From Ginkgo biloba (Eukaryota; Plantae; Ginkgophyta), in assembly GCA_024626585.2 (NCBI GenBank), contig JANKJI020000004.1:174654098-174679877 (forward strand): a stretch of 25,780 nucleotides of DNA, in the 5' to 3' direction. The translations under genes were made by a program, and so were the position numbers. Shown here piece after piece: positions 1-12,640 of this stretch. The first letter of the stretch is position 1; every line of letters begins with the position of its first letter. The notes beneath the pieces are model-generated. The model was given only the letters and a program-made list of their open reading frames with translations, had not been told where the DNA came from and did not search any database.

Positions 1-748
1 CCCTTGTCAAATTGTGATAACATAGGTCAAGGAAGAGGCAAAGAAGATAATGTGGACTTGGTTGAGCACCGGATTTATCCCCAAACTAAGAATTCTTAAC
101 AAAAATAAGTATAAGACAACTAAGCTATAAAAATTTAATAAAATTAGAGTCATACTAAAGATGGAAATACAAAAAAAGAAAAAGAGGAAAAAAAGAAAAT
201 AAAAAGAAAAAACCTTCAAAGCGATAATATACATGTTAAAATTCAGGGCAGGAAGCTAAACACATAGGAAAGGGACATGGAAATTTTTCATAGGTCTACA
301 ATTTTAGCAAATCAAATTGAGTAAATGGGTATGGCATCATCAAAATATGGAAACCATGGAAGCCATTCATTATTAATCAAGGAAATTATAGAAATTGTCA
401 TGTATTCAACCAAGGAAAATAAGGATATACATGCACAAGGTGATCAAACAATATAGGCCAGTGCAAGAAAGCAACAAATAAAGAATTTCAAAATAAATAA
501 TTAGAATTCTACTACTATTATTGGGTGCCTTGGGTAGTAAAGTCAAGCCAAAAGAGAAGAAATTGAGACTACCACCTAGAAGACCTAAAAGTTGTAGTTC
601 TTTCTCCTCATTCGTCTATTGGTAAGTTCTTGGCATTCCTTCACTATTCCACTAGAATTGATGTGGGTCCTTGGATAATATCCTTATATTTATGTCAATC
701 CATCTCCACTAGTTAACAAATGTTGAGACTAATTTTTGGCGTCAAGTA

Positions 749-1169
749 TGTTGTAATGTGGTACGATCATTGTTGGGCAACATTCACGACTATAATGTTT
801 TAGTTATGTACTTTATTCCCTTGCCATCTTAGCTATCATCACTTGATCAACACTCCTTTTGTGTTTGATAAGTAAATACTTTGTAATTTAAGGAATTGTA
901 GTGCACAGATACATATGTAATGAACACACATGCAATAAAAAGAGCACACAACCATGTAGAAGTAAAAGATAATACTGTAGAATCTATATTATAGAAATAA
1001 AGTGAAAGTAAAGGCAAAACTCAATTAAACATTACAAGGAATTTAAAATATGAAAATATTCTTTCTTATCCAACAAGTTATAGGTTGTGAAATCTTATAA
1101 AGATACTAGAAGGATATACTTCTTTTAATTTGAACACTACGGCCTATGTTGTACCTTAAGTACATAACA
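749..1169 (-). repeat. Probable 3' LTR of the chromovirus (distal end uncertain, about 721 or 749)
   Basis: Begins TGTT right after the PPT. Candidate ...AACA ends on the minus strand occur at 749 (cattacaaca) and 721 (gtctcaaca). No second LTR is visible to confirm the boundary. Confidence 0.45.
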
Positions 1170-1183
1170 TACCCTCCTTTCTT
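1170..1183 (-). other. Polypurine tract (PPT) of the chromovirus
   Basis: Minus strand AAGAAAGGAGGGTA lies just after the chromodomain and is directly followed by TGTTATG, the LTR start. Confidence 0.75.
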
Positions 1184-2175
1184 AACATACCTTGCCTTCA
1201 AAGCACTAGTAAGATAAGGTGGATTTGCATGAACACTTTTTATTACCATATTGCATCTTATTTGAGTTAGTTCTTCCATTTAATATGATACTCTTAAATT
1301 TATTTTGATTAAAGGTGCTTTGTTTGCACTTCTAAAATCCCTTCATGTTTAAGGGTCATTCTTCCTTTTTTGTCAAGCGCTAGTAGGTTTGTTTATGGAA
1401 CCATGATTTGTTGAACCTATTTATTAAGGCATGATATAGATTCACCGTTTGTCTAGTAGGTCCACTGCATAAGCAACTTCTCTCACTTTTGCTAACTTGT
1501 CTAAGTCTATAATTTTTGTGCTACCTTGTCTTTCCATTTTGTTCTAAGGGAGGCTTGTTTAAATAAATAGGGAGGAACAAATACCATATCTCCTTTATTA
1601 AATAACCTTTTTATTTGATGATTATATGCATGGTGTTTCATTCTATTTTAGGCCATATTTAGGTTATCGTCAAGATGTCCTATGCTTCTTTAAGACTATC
1701 ATGTGCCACTTGGACTTCACATTTTTACAGCAGGTAGTATTTCATTAATGGTGGGGGGTATCCATATAATACCATTATTGATGTGTGGGGTGTTGTATCA
1801 TACCAATAATCTATTAGGTGTAGCCACTTCATCCATGTATTCCCTTTACCTCCTCTTTACGTTCGAATGTATCTTTAGAGGAACTGGTTTATTATTTTCA
1901 TCTATCCATGTATTTGAGAGTTATAGGTTGTACTCATGTTAAACGGGGTGCTTGCTAATTAGAATAACTCTTGCCAAAAGTTACTTGTGAACTTGGGGTC
2001 ATAGTCATATACCATTTTCTTTGAAAATCCATGATGTTGATGCACCTCTTTCATGAAGACTTCAACTACTTGAGCTACATTATATGTTGGTAATTGGTAC
2101 AAAGTGCACATATTTGTTTAGGTGATCAACCACTACAAAAATAACATCCTAACTTTTTTATTTTAGAAGTCCTTC
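1184..2175 (-). mobile_element. Degenerate Ty3/gypsy chromovirus: integrase core, GPY/F region and C-terminal chromodomain
   Basis: Minus-strand translation, with stops and frameshifts: [19 protein letters not shown]; HGFSKKMVYDYDPKFTSNFWQELF*LASTPFNMSTTYNSQIHG*MKIINQ; DNLNMA*NRMKHHA; FNKGDMVFV..KQASL; VREVAYAVDL. Then 1380-1198 reads LDKKGRMTLKHEGILEVQTKHL*SK*I*EYHIKWKN*LK*DAIW, matching the chromodomain EYLIKWK..DATWE pattern. Confidence 0.9.
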
Positions 2176-5100
2176 TTGACATAAAAATTGACTAGATTTT
2201 TATGCAAGACATAAAAAAGATAAGGATTTCACCCTTCAAACAAAATCAACATCTCTTGCTTGACGTTATAAACAATTAGGGACACCAAGTTGGTTATCTA
2301 AGAAATGTAGGAAATGGATAAAATCATAGCTAGATTTTTAACATGCTATGTAGAAGCAACAAATGATAAAGGGAGATTGGTTCACTACAACAATAATAAC
2401 TTCACTCAAATGTGAACTTATAAAATAAATTATTAATATAATGAACTTGATCTTAGCCATAAAAATAAAAGATAAAGAATATCAATAATAACACCTGCAT
2501 ATAATATTGACTACAACCAACATTTCATGTTAATGATCATGCTTGGAACACAAATATTTTTCCNNNNNNNNNNTCTTGTGTGAAGGTAATGTATATATCT
2601 AGTGAATGCCAATGGTGATATACAGTCATAGCAATGGGTATAAAAGGATTATCAAGGCCTTCTCAAAGGATAGGAAGGAATTGTAAATCCCAAAGCAAAG
2701 GATAAAAAAGGAAATTAAAAGGTTGAATAACAAAAGGTATGCTAACTCCCTTTTGCCCTTTAGCAAGTAGTCAAAGTCATATGTGGCTAACATAAAACCT
2801 TGACTTCAANNNNNNNNNNNNNNNNNNNNNNNNNNNNNAAATACTCCGCAATGGGCCTTTTTTTTTTTATGACTCAGAGTCTCTACCAATCAACCTAAAC
2901 CCCTTCTAGGACTGAGTGAGAGCTATGTGAGTTGTTCTCAATGCGAACAAAATAGTGGATGCTCAAAAGAGATGACACAACCTATACAAAGATATTGGCT
3001 CTGTAAATTGGTTGTGGCTGTCTGATTTATCTTAAGGGGAGCGTAGANNNNNNNNNNNNNNNNNNNNNNNNNNNNNNNNNNNNNNNNNNNNNNNNNNNNN
3101 NNNNNNNNNNNNNNNNNNNNNNNNNNNNNNNNNNNNNNNNNNNNNNNNNNNNNNNNNNNNNNNNNNNNNNNNNNNNNNNNNNNNNNNNNNNNNNNNNNNN
3201 NNNNNNNNNNNNNNNNNNNNNNNNNNNNNNNNNNNNNNNNNNNNNNNNNNNNNNNNNNNNNNNNNNNNNNNNNNNNNNNNNNNNNNNNNNNNNNNNNNNN
3301 NNNNNNNNNNNNNNNNNNNNNNNNNNNTTCTCCTTTAATTTTTTCATATAGGTACTGCCACTATTTTTTAAATGACTTCATGTTATAGTTTATAGAGATA
3401 CACTGATTTTTACTATAAGAAGGAAAATAAAAAACATTGAATGATAAAATGATCCTTTCCACAATTTTTATTCCTTTGTTGCTATATATAGGCACTTCTA
3501 TCATATGTTGAAGGAACCTATATTGTATCATATTATACATTAAATATTTTTTAAATTTATATTCCTATTTATCTATTAATTTTTAACTTGTTCTAAAAGT
3601 ATTTATAGACATATTGATAACCTATATAAACCATTCATTAAGAAACAAAAATGTGCAAACAAAAAGACAATTGTAAACTAAATTGCATGCACGCGCCCTT
3701 CTTATTCTAGATCTGTCATTAGGCCATGGGTGGAATGATGACCCAACTTAGCATAAATTATTTTAAGTTGGTTTTTAGTTATAGGATTAGGAAATTGTGG
3801 GCCATTGATATGGGTTAACCTATAGGCACACTTTTTAAGGTTTTATTTAATGATTTAGGGGCCTAACCAATGTGATAATAACTTTCCATCATCTAAAATT
3901 TTGGTTGTTTCATTAAATTATAGGATAAGATCCCTTAGGTTAAAATTTCTTAGAATTATCATTTTAACCTAAGTAGCCTTAACCCTCTATTGATAAACTT
4001 TAATATTTTGTAAGAATCAAAGCTTATCCTCATATAGTTTTTTTTGGTAACATTAATTTATAGAGTTTGTTGTGTATCCGAATCTTAAGGGAAGGGTTTT
4101 GGACTTTGATTGGTAAGATTGCTTCGTGATGATAGAAAAGAAAGAAAGGGAAACGAGTAGCCATAAACTTGGCTATGGTGTGATAAGCCCATAGTGCTAA
4201 GTGAGTATCAAGGTTTCGATCCTTTTTATTCTAGTTAACAATTTTTTGGAGCATATTTTTTAATACTTTATGAATGATTAGGTTTTTCAATTGAATCGGG
4301 GATAATATGAAGATGATTTAACTTAATCTATACAAGATTATGCGTTAGATTACGTATCATCTTATTTATGAAGTGTGTTACCCTATATAAGCTAATGGTA
4401 TACTAAATCTAAAACTCACTTGGTTAAACAAGAATAAGATGGCAATTTTACTATTTGTCTTAAATATTGTTATATCCTCAACTCACTTGGTGAAATAGTT
4501 AGTGATCATTATGNNNNNNNNNNNNNAGCTAGAAGTAAGTTCAAACTCACCAATGAATTCAATCTCCTATTGACAAAGGGACCAACCACAACAAGAGGTT
4601 TTAAGGACATTGGAGGGGCACATTTCCTATTGGTTAAGTGTTGATAACTATTAAGGCAAGTGGACTCCCTCGGCCCTCAACAATCGTTCACCCGATTATA
4701 AGTAGGATGGATTTGTGATATATTCACACTATGTAAATCAATATAGTGAGTATGTATTCACTTTAGCTAGTTAATGCTTGAAATAATGAGATAAAATTCT
4801 TCTGAGGTCTTGCAATTAGATGTGCATTCTCTACCTATGAGTTGAGAAGTTATAATGTTGCGAACAAAGACACAAAGTGCCATAAGCTATGATCATTCAT
4901 TAATAGAAAATATATCCACGTGAATGGAACTAGAAATGAATCTCCATTAATAAAACAATGATAGGAAATACGATGAATAAGAAAAGGGAAGGAATAAAAG
5001 TGATAATACTATAGAAACTACTTAAATAATTCTTCTATGCTATTGCAATGGTATCTTCTTAGTTGGATCTTGATTTTTTTTTGGTGTGAATGCATAATTC

Positions 5101-7077
5101 AATAGAGTCACCCCTTGTATGTTTAGATTAAGAGTATTATAAGTAATATAGTTTCTACACTATATTCTTCTTCTCCCCTTTTTATGAAGAGAAGATATAT
5201 CCTTGTATAGAGAGAATAAGAANNNNNNNNNNNNNNNNNNNNNNNNNNNNNNNNNNNNNNNNNNNNNNNNNNNNNNNNNNNNNNNNNNNNNNNNNNNNNN
5301 NNNNNNNNNNNNNNNNNNNNNNCGCCCCTTTGTAATAGTGTGCATTTACGTGTCGTCTAATACTTGACAAGTCTGAGAGTTGTATAGTCTGATTCAGCTT
5401 GCCACATACTCTAATTTCTAAAACAAAGAATATAGAAGAGATATAAAGATTTGATTACTCCCTTGGTTCAACAAAATCGCTTTCGCAATGCGCATGGGGG
5501 CCATTCCCTCATAAACTCCTACCAAGAGGGTACATCAAATATACNNNNNNNNNNNNNNNNNNNNNNNNNNNNNNNNNNNNNNNNNNNNNNNNNNNNNNNN
5601 NNNNNNNNNNNNNNNNNNNNNNNNNNNNNNNNNNNNNNNNNNNNNNNNNNNNNTATTATCAGTTCAATACTTAATTCAAGTTAACTCAAACTAAGTATTA
5701 TTAGGTCAAAATAATATTAAAGTGTTACCAATGTTTTAATGAAATAATATTTAATGGTAATTGTTTGCCATGATTGTGTACATATATTTGTACACACACA
5801 CTAAGTCTCCTATATTGAAAAAAAAGGATCCATCTATGACCTTGCATGCTTCTTAATTTATAGATTAATGATCATCTAACATCTTATGTAAATGCGAGGT
5901 TGGTTATGAATGTGAGAGATGTAGGCTTTGAATCTTGAATAATATTGTATAAATATAAATATTAAATAAAAGCATTCTAATAATTCTTATAAAATTTTCA
6001 TCTCCTCCTTATTCAATTCCCCAAACCCTTTAGTCTTCATCATTATTGTCTTATTATTTAATATTTATTTTTTAGATTTTTATGGGCATAATGTTAGTTT
6101 AGTTTCATTACCGATAGGATTGCCATAGGTTTAAGCNNNNNNNNNNAATATACCATTAGGCACCATCCCATTGAAGTTATTATGGTTGATGTCTAGGGTT
6201 TGAAGCCTAATAATATTGAAGAATTTTACTACTTTCCTATGAACAATTTTTTGTTGATATTTAGATTATTCATATCTTTGAGAAACTAAATATTATCTGA
6301 TATAAGCCTAGTTAATTTCCTCATTTATGCGATAGATCCAATCCAGCCATTTGCATATAATGGTGACTAGTTTTAGGTGCGCTTCACATTCACAAGTTTT
6401 TATGCATAAATTAAGGTAAGACATACTATAAAGTCAATTATAGTAAAATAAAACTTCTTTCTTAAAGCACCTGGCCAACTCCTTTATAATACTGTCAAAA
6501 TTTGAACAATGTACAAAACTTTAGTTTGAGTTATGCTTAACAGAATCATTACTAGAACTCAAAGTGAAGAGATAAGTAATCCTATTCAAATTTACTTAAA
6601 TTTATCAGTTAGTGGTAAGTGGCCCTTAGACTTGTACAATCAAGTGGAGGAGGTTGAACGATTTGGAAACTATTCATTAGAATTTACAAGACAACATTCG
6701 AAGATTTTATAATGGATGTCATCGTTTATAATTACAAAATTTTTGTCATCGTTTACAACATGAAAAATTGAGATGTCTATGATATATTGTAAAAATTTCA
6801 AAAGTTCCAAATACTAGAAAACATGTATTGTACTTAGCACACCTTCCATAATCTTTCTGAATTCTTTTCATGAAATAAATATATAATTTTGTTAAAACTT
6901 TAGTCAAAATCATATAGCTAGAGTCCATCGAATATATGTATTTATAGACAAACAAATATAGCTAGGGTCCATAATAANNNNNNNNNNNNNNNNNNNNNNN
7001 NNNNNNNNNNNNNNNNNNNNNNNNNNNNNNNNNNNNNNNNNNNNNNNNNNNNNNNNNNNNNNNNNNNNNNNNNNNNN

Positions 7078-8693
7078 AAAGCAAGGTGGAGAACACAAGA
7101 CATATGAAGAAAATCATATATTTGCAACAATTCCATCTTGTCATTAAGTATAAGAAAGGAATCAACAATAAGGTAGCTGATTGTTTGAGTTGACCATTTG
7201 TGCATTCTATACTTCCCATATTTGAAGTATGTGGGCATTTGTACATGCATTGGAAAAACACGTATCCAAAAGATCTAGGTTTTCAAAGAACATTTTGAGC
7301 CGTACAAGAAGGTAATCCAATCATTGATTTTTATATTCAAGATGATATTTTGTTTTATTTAGGCAAAATTTGTGTGCCTAGTGGTGAGCACAGAGGAAAT
7401 TTGATTAGAGAAACCCATTTCTCAAAGTCACCAAGTCATTTTGGAAGGTAGAAACTCTTTTTTATTTGCAAAGATATATCTTTTGGCTAGAAATACAAGA
7501 GGATGTAGAAGGCTATATCAAATCTTGTATTGCTTGTTGTATTGCCAAGCCAACAAACAAGCATGCTAGATTTCATTAGCCTTTGCCAACACCTAGCAGT
7601 CCATGGGAGTCTATTTTTGTGGACTTCATGAGAGGATTGCCTTCAACCAAAGACAACATGTTAATGTGTTTGTGGTAGTAGACTGCTTCCCAAAAATCGT
7701 TGTTATGATCCCTTGCTAGAAGACAATTTAGTAGTTGAGACAGCCAAGTTGTATTTCCATAATAATTGGGTGCATTTTGAAGTGTTCACATCTCTCATTT
7801 ATGATTGCAACTCATGGTGCCTATCATCATTTGGGGGACTCTCTGGGTTTTCTCGAGACCAAACTCAAGTGATCAATATCATTCCATCCTTAAACAGATG
7901 GCCAGACAAAGGTTGTCAACCGATTCCTCATACTTTTGCTACGCATGTATTATCACAAGCATCCAACAACTTGGGATGAAAGTTTATGTTTTATGCAACA
8001 TGCTTACAATCGGACACAACATGGTGCCACATGTTATAGTCCATTTGAAGCATGATTTGGTTTTCTTCCTTCTTTCCCTCTTGAAGTTATATATACGGTT
8101 AAAAATGATGGTACTTTCAAGAAGCAACAAACATAGCAAAATCATACTATAAGTTCATTCACCACATTCAAGATATGTAAAAAGAGGTGCATGAGATCTT
8201 GGAGAAAGCATAATAACGATATAAATTCAAATATGCCAAGCATAGAACAATAGATAGATTTGAAGTTGAAGATAAATTTTGGGTCTATCTCAATAAGGAT
8301 AGATTCAAAGGACCACATCATAAGCTGCTTCTATTATGTTATGATCCTTATATTATAACTAAAAAGATTGGTGAGAATGGCATGGAATTAAATATACCTC
8401 CTAATCTTGGTCTACATCTAATATTCAATGTGGATATTTTAAAGCCTCACTGTCCACCACTTATGAAATAAGGCTCCTTAGCCATGGGGCCTAAAGACTT
8501 AGATCATGAAATAATTACACTTGTTCCGTAAGCAACATTGATTAGAACAAAGGTTAAAGAAGCTTGACCAGTAAAGATACCCCTATTTTAAATTGTAGCT
8601 CTTAGGCAACTCCCATATCAAGACAAATAGTATATATTAGAGAAGATGTAAACAACACTTTTAGGCTTACATTTGATGGAGGTTGTCTATTAT
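7078..8693 (+). mobile_element. Degenerate Ty3/gypsy pol remnant (RNase H end, integrase Zn-finger, core and C-terminus)
   Basis: LQQFHLVIKYKKGINNKVADCLS*P; LIRETHFSKSPSHFG; EDVEGYIKSCIACCIAKP; PLPTPSSPWESIFVDFMRGLP; VFVVVDCFPK; HP*TDGQTKVVNR; QHAYNRT; SPFEA; FEVEDKFWVYLNKDRFKG..KL..YDPY; LGLHLIFNVDILKP. Many stops and frameshifts. The 5' part is lost in the gap at 6978-7077. Confidence 0.92.
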
Positions 8694-8706
8694 AAGTGGG
8701 AAGGTA
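8694..8706 (+). other. Polypurine tract of the plus-strand gypsy element
   Basis: AAGTGGGAAGGTA at the end of pol, directly followed by TGATCTAG (LTR start at 8707). Confidence 0.7.
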
Positions 8707-9588
8707 TGATCTAGAGATCTCATTTAGCAACTTAGAAATAAAGAAGGGGAAAAATCAACAAGGACGTAATTTGGAAGATCTATCATAACTTCTAAACTAT
8801 TTAACGAATTTTGAAGTTCTTCATATTGACGAAAATAGAATGGAGTAATGTACAACTTTAATTATAGACTCAATATCTAATTCATAATGAATTAGCTATA
8901 ATTCACCACTGATTATAGAGTAATTATTCAAATTCAGTAGAAAATGATAGTTTTGACCTAGACTTGGTATTTTAGACAAAACTTTTCACATAGATCTCCA
9001 TTTTTTTTTGTATCATTGACAATATTAAAAAGATTATCTACAACTTTTTTGAAAATATCAATGCCTAATTCTTAATGGATCAGCACAAAAAAAGTGATGA
9101 ATAATCAGTGAAGACATAAAGTTAATGACTAGACAACAATTACAAACTGTATTCATGCTTTGGCTTTTTAGTTTTCCAACTCCCAAACCTATAAATAAGT
9201 GCATATGAATTTTGCACATCTTATATATACTTTGCCTTAATGTATAGAGGGATTCCTTTGTTTTTATTTGTATTCCATTACATAGAATGGTCATTCTAAG
9301 GCACAATTTGTTCTCATAAAGTGGCAACACTATAAACCATTAGAAAAANNNNNNNNNNNNNNNNNNNNNNTCCCAGATTTGCCAATCAAGCATTAATATC
9401 ACTTGTGTAATCTTTATGTATAGAGGTTGTATGGATAATGATTGCTTATGCATATTTTGTTATGTTCATTTCCCTATATGATCTTATGTGTACATAATTT
9501 TAATTACAGTAAACTAAGTTGAGTCTCCTTAGTGTAAGGGCATTTACAAGCAAATTTCTCAATCTACTTGTCCCCTCCTAGTCCAACA
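8707..9588 (+). repeat. Probable 3' LTR of the plus-strand gypsy element (end approximate)
   Basis: Starts with TG after the PPT. A candidate CA end is ...cctagtccaaCA at 9588. Its 3' part resembles a second copy at about 13924-14021. Confidence 0.45.
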
Positions 9589-9603
9589 TAGGACTAATTG
9601 ACA

Positions 9604-9834
9604 TTTTATTGATATTTACCATAAAGATTACCATATAAAAGAAAATTATTGCTCATTTATTTTGGAAAAGAATTACTAAGCCTAAGATGATAATAAATGA
9701 TACTATTATTATGTAAAAATTGATATTTTATTGATATTTACCATAAAGATTTATTGATATTTAGTACATATGCAAACATAGAGATAATGCTAATGTGCAT
9801 CTAGGACACAAAGATATTTATTGATAAATGACCA
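9604..9834. repeat. Cluster of short direct repeats TTTTATTGATATTTACCATAAAGATT
   Basis: Exact 26-mer at 9604 and 9726, with partial copies at about 9750 and 9817. Confidence 0.8.
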
Positions 9835-10181
9835 ATGAATTTTACACATGTACATGCCATATGTTTTCATGCAATTTTATATAAAGCTAAGTTGTTCTTT
9901 TCCATATATAGTTCGCATCACTAATATATGATATGATAGTCAATTCAATAGAAACACATTCTATTAACATTAAATTCTTTGACTACAACTTATATTTTTA
10001 ATGTGTATACTACATTATTTATGTTTTTAAGACAACTATTACCTACAACTTTAATTCTAATTCCAAAGAAAAAATGTTATGTGAACACCATATATATTTT
10101 AGTTATTTCTGGCAACTAGAATAAGAATAATGTGTAGTGTGATAATGAACTGAAATGAATAGTGATGAAGGTGATTGAATC

Positions 10182-10234
10182 ATCTATCTATCTATATCAA
10201 ATGGATGAATGGAAAAAGCTATCTATCTATCTAT
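10182..10234. repeat. Two short (ATCT)n runs
   Basis: atctatctatctat and ctatctatctatctat, each followed closely by aaatggat. Confidence 0.7.
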
Positions 10235-11538
10235 AAATGCAAATGGATTATGTCATACACATACACATTAATAGATGAACTAACAAATTTCATTTGAGTA
10301 CGATGATGCCTATTATATCAAATTGAGTTGAGGTGAGGATATGTATAACATTGAGTTAAGAGACAGACAATGGGTTACATCTTAAGACAACAAAAGTATC
10401 ATGGTCAAATATCTAATTGGAACAAAACCATTTGTAATTTATTTAATTATAATTTTATCATATAATATATTAGCACCATTTTCAATATGAATGAAGGTGT
10501 GAGCTTATAATTAGGTTTTGATAGTATGAGCTCTTTATTGGTATTTTGCCTATCTTTGTATTATATTTTTCTCTAAACTTTGTTAGCCCATGGTTCTTCA
10601 AGAATTTTGAGGGTCAAACTAGTTAATTCAACTTGAACGAGCAATTTTAATGCTATAATCAATTGTTAGCCTAGACATAATCTTGCAGAAGTCAGNNNNN
10701 NNNNNNNNNNNNNNNNNNNNNNNNNNNNNNNNNNNNNNNNNNNNNNNNNNNNNNNNNNNNNNNNNNNNNNNNNNNNNNNNNNNNNNNNNNNNNNNCTTTG
10801 GTTGCAATATATATTCCTCCCATACCAAATGAGAAAGGCCTACTCAGAGTTAGACGTGCCAAACCAAACATGCTTTATGAGATAGAGAAAGGATTGTTGA
10901 TGCTTCATTGCTTCTAATAGCCCAATCTTCAAGTTTGTGATCTAAATGATCATTGGTATCTTAGGAGCTTCAATTATGTATAACTCACTTAGCAAGGCTA
11001 AATTTAAAATTCTCTTTAATCTATCCATGTGCATTTTCCTCGAGTTGGCATTTTGGTTGACTTAAACTATTGTGGCAATGTCAAAAATACTAAAATGATT
11101 ATTTATATGGATAACAACCTAGAGATGTATTGTTCATAATTGATATGAAATAATTCTTCAATTATCTTCAGGCTCTTGAACAGGTGGAAGAATATTACTT
11201 TCTTTTAAGCTCATGCCATAAAGCAATACAATATTGGACTATCCCCCAATTTTCAGAAGAAGACCATATTATCCCTCAAAGCTATGGGTCCATTAGTTAA
11301 TAACTGATTTGATAGAAACACATTAGAAACAAGAAAGAACAAAAATCAAGAACCATCATTGAATCAAGAACCAGTTATACAAGTATTATCATCGTTGCCA
11401 TACTCAACAATAGTGTTATGGATGATAAGCTCTTGTATTATTTGTTCTACTGATTCTGCTGCTGAGCGTACTCTCCTGTCAATTTATGTGATTTTCAACG
11501 GGTTGCATGCGGATTTCAGTTTGAACACGTCCCCATAG

Positions 11539-11972
11539 AAGTTTCTTTATTGTTGTGCTATTTTCCAATTATGTAAGGTTCAAGCAATATTTTTGACACC
11601 TCTTAAATATAGTGAAGAGATCAATAAGGTGGTTGGTGTATATTTTGGATGATTCCAAAATATCACTAATGTATGCATGAACAATTTTATTGATAAGGTC
11701 ATAAAATACAAAAGTTATGGACTACTAGTATATGGCACTAGTATTTTTAATACCAAAAGGCATAACCCTATAGGCACGTTTATCCCAAGGAATAGTAAAG
11801 GAATATTTTTTATGATCCTTTAGGGTAATAAAGATTTGGTTGTACCAAAAAAAACTATCCATGAGAGAAATGACTTCAAAACTAATTATTTGGTTGGGAA
11901 ATTAATAAATGAATGTTAAATGGAAGTTGTATTTTGAGCAAGCTTCATTGATAGTACAAAAATCAATGCAAA
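11539..11972 (+). pseudogene. Possible highly decayed hAT-family (DUF659-like) transposase fragment
   Basis: One frame with few stops: KFLYCCAIFQL...KSYGLLVYG....KRHNPIGTFIPRNSKGIFFM...KTNYLVGKLINEC*MEV...INA. It follows the order of the DUF659 blocks FFY..GIPFN / G.SI..DGW..RPLINF....KG.FFL / KT..YL..L....EVG..VVTDNA, but the catalytic DGW is not retained. Confidence 0.3.
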
Positions 11973-12437
11973 NNNNNNNNNNNNNNNNNNNNNNNNNNNN
12001 NNNNNNNNNNNNNNNNNNNNNNNNNNNNNNNNNNNNNNNNNNNNNNNNNNNNNNNNNNNNNNNNNNNNNNNNNNNNNNNNNNNNNNNNNNNNNNNNNNNN
12101 NNNNNNNNNNNNNNNNNNNNNNNNNNNNNNNNNNNNNNNNNNNNNNNNNNNNNNNNNNNNNNNNNNNNNNNNNNNNNNNNNNNNNNNNNNNNNNNNNNNN
12201 NNNNNNNNNNNNNNNNNNNNNNNNNNNNNNNNNNNNNNNNNNNNNNNNNNNNNNNNNNNNNNNNNNNNNNNNNNNNNNNNNNNNNNNNNNNNNNNNNNNN
12301 NNNNNNNNNNNNNNNNNNNNNNNNNNNNNNNNNNNNNNNNNNNNNNNNNNNNNNNNNNNNNNNNNNNNNNNNNNNNNNNNNNNNNNNNNNNNNNNNNNNN
12401 NNNNNNNNNNNNNNATCCATTTGATCAAACCCATACA

Positions 12438-12640
12438 TAATTATGGTTAGACAAATGCTTAATTACAATTTGGTCAATACCTAACTATAATTGATTCAAT
12501 ACTTAATTATGGACAACATATTAATGTATAAATTATATAAAGAAAATTAGCATTCATCCAATCGGACATGTTCTTAACTATGGTTAGTTGAATACTAAAC
12601 TATGAATAAGTCAATACTTTACTATGGTTAACTCAATGAT
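12438..12640. repeat. Degenerate 22-bp minisatellite (consensus about TAACTATGGTTAGTCAATACT), two blocks
   Basis: Units start at 12438, 12460, 12482 and 12504 (partial), then 12575, 12597 and 12619. Confidence 0.7.

Noticed and set aside
7-234. 75-aa hydrophobic ORF
   Set aside because: The Phe/Leu richness comes from a low-complexity A-rich tract read on the minus strand.
7713-8152. ORFs of 88 and 115 aa as genes
   Set aside because: They are frame-shifted pieces within the decayed gypsy integrase.
12438-12640. CRISPR-like reading of the periodic repeats (also 9604-9834)
   Set aside because: The units are adjacent or irregularly spaced with no unique spacers and no cas genes, and the context is eukaryotic.
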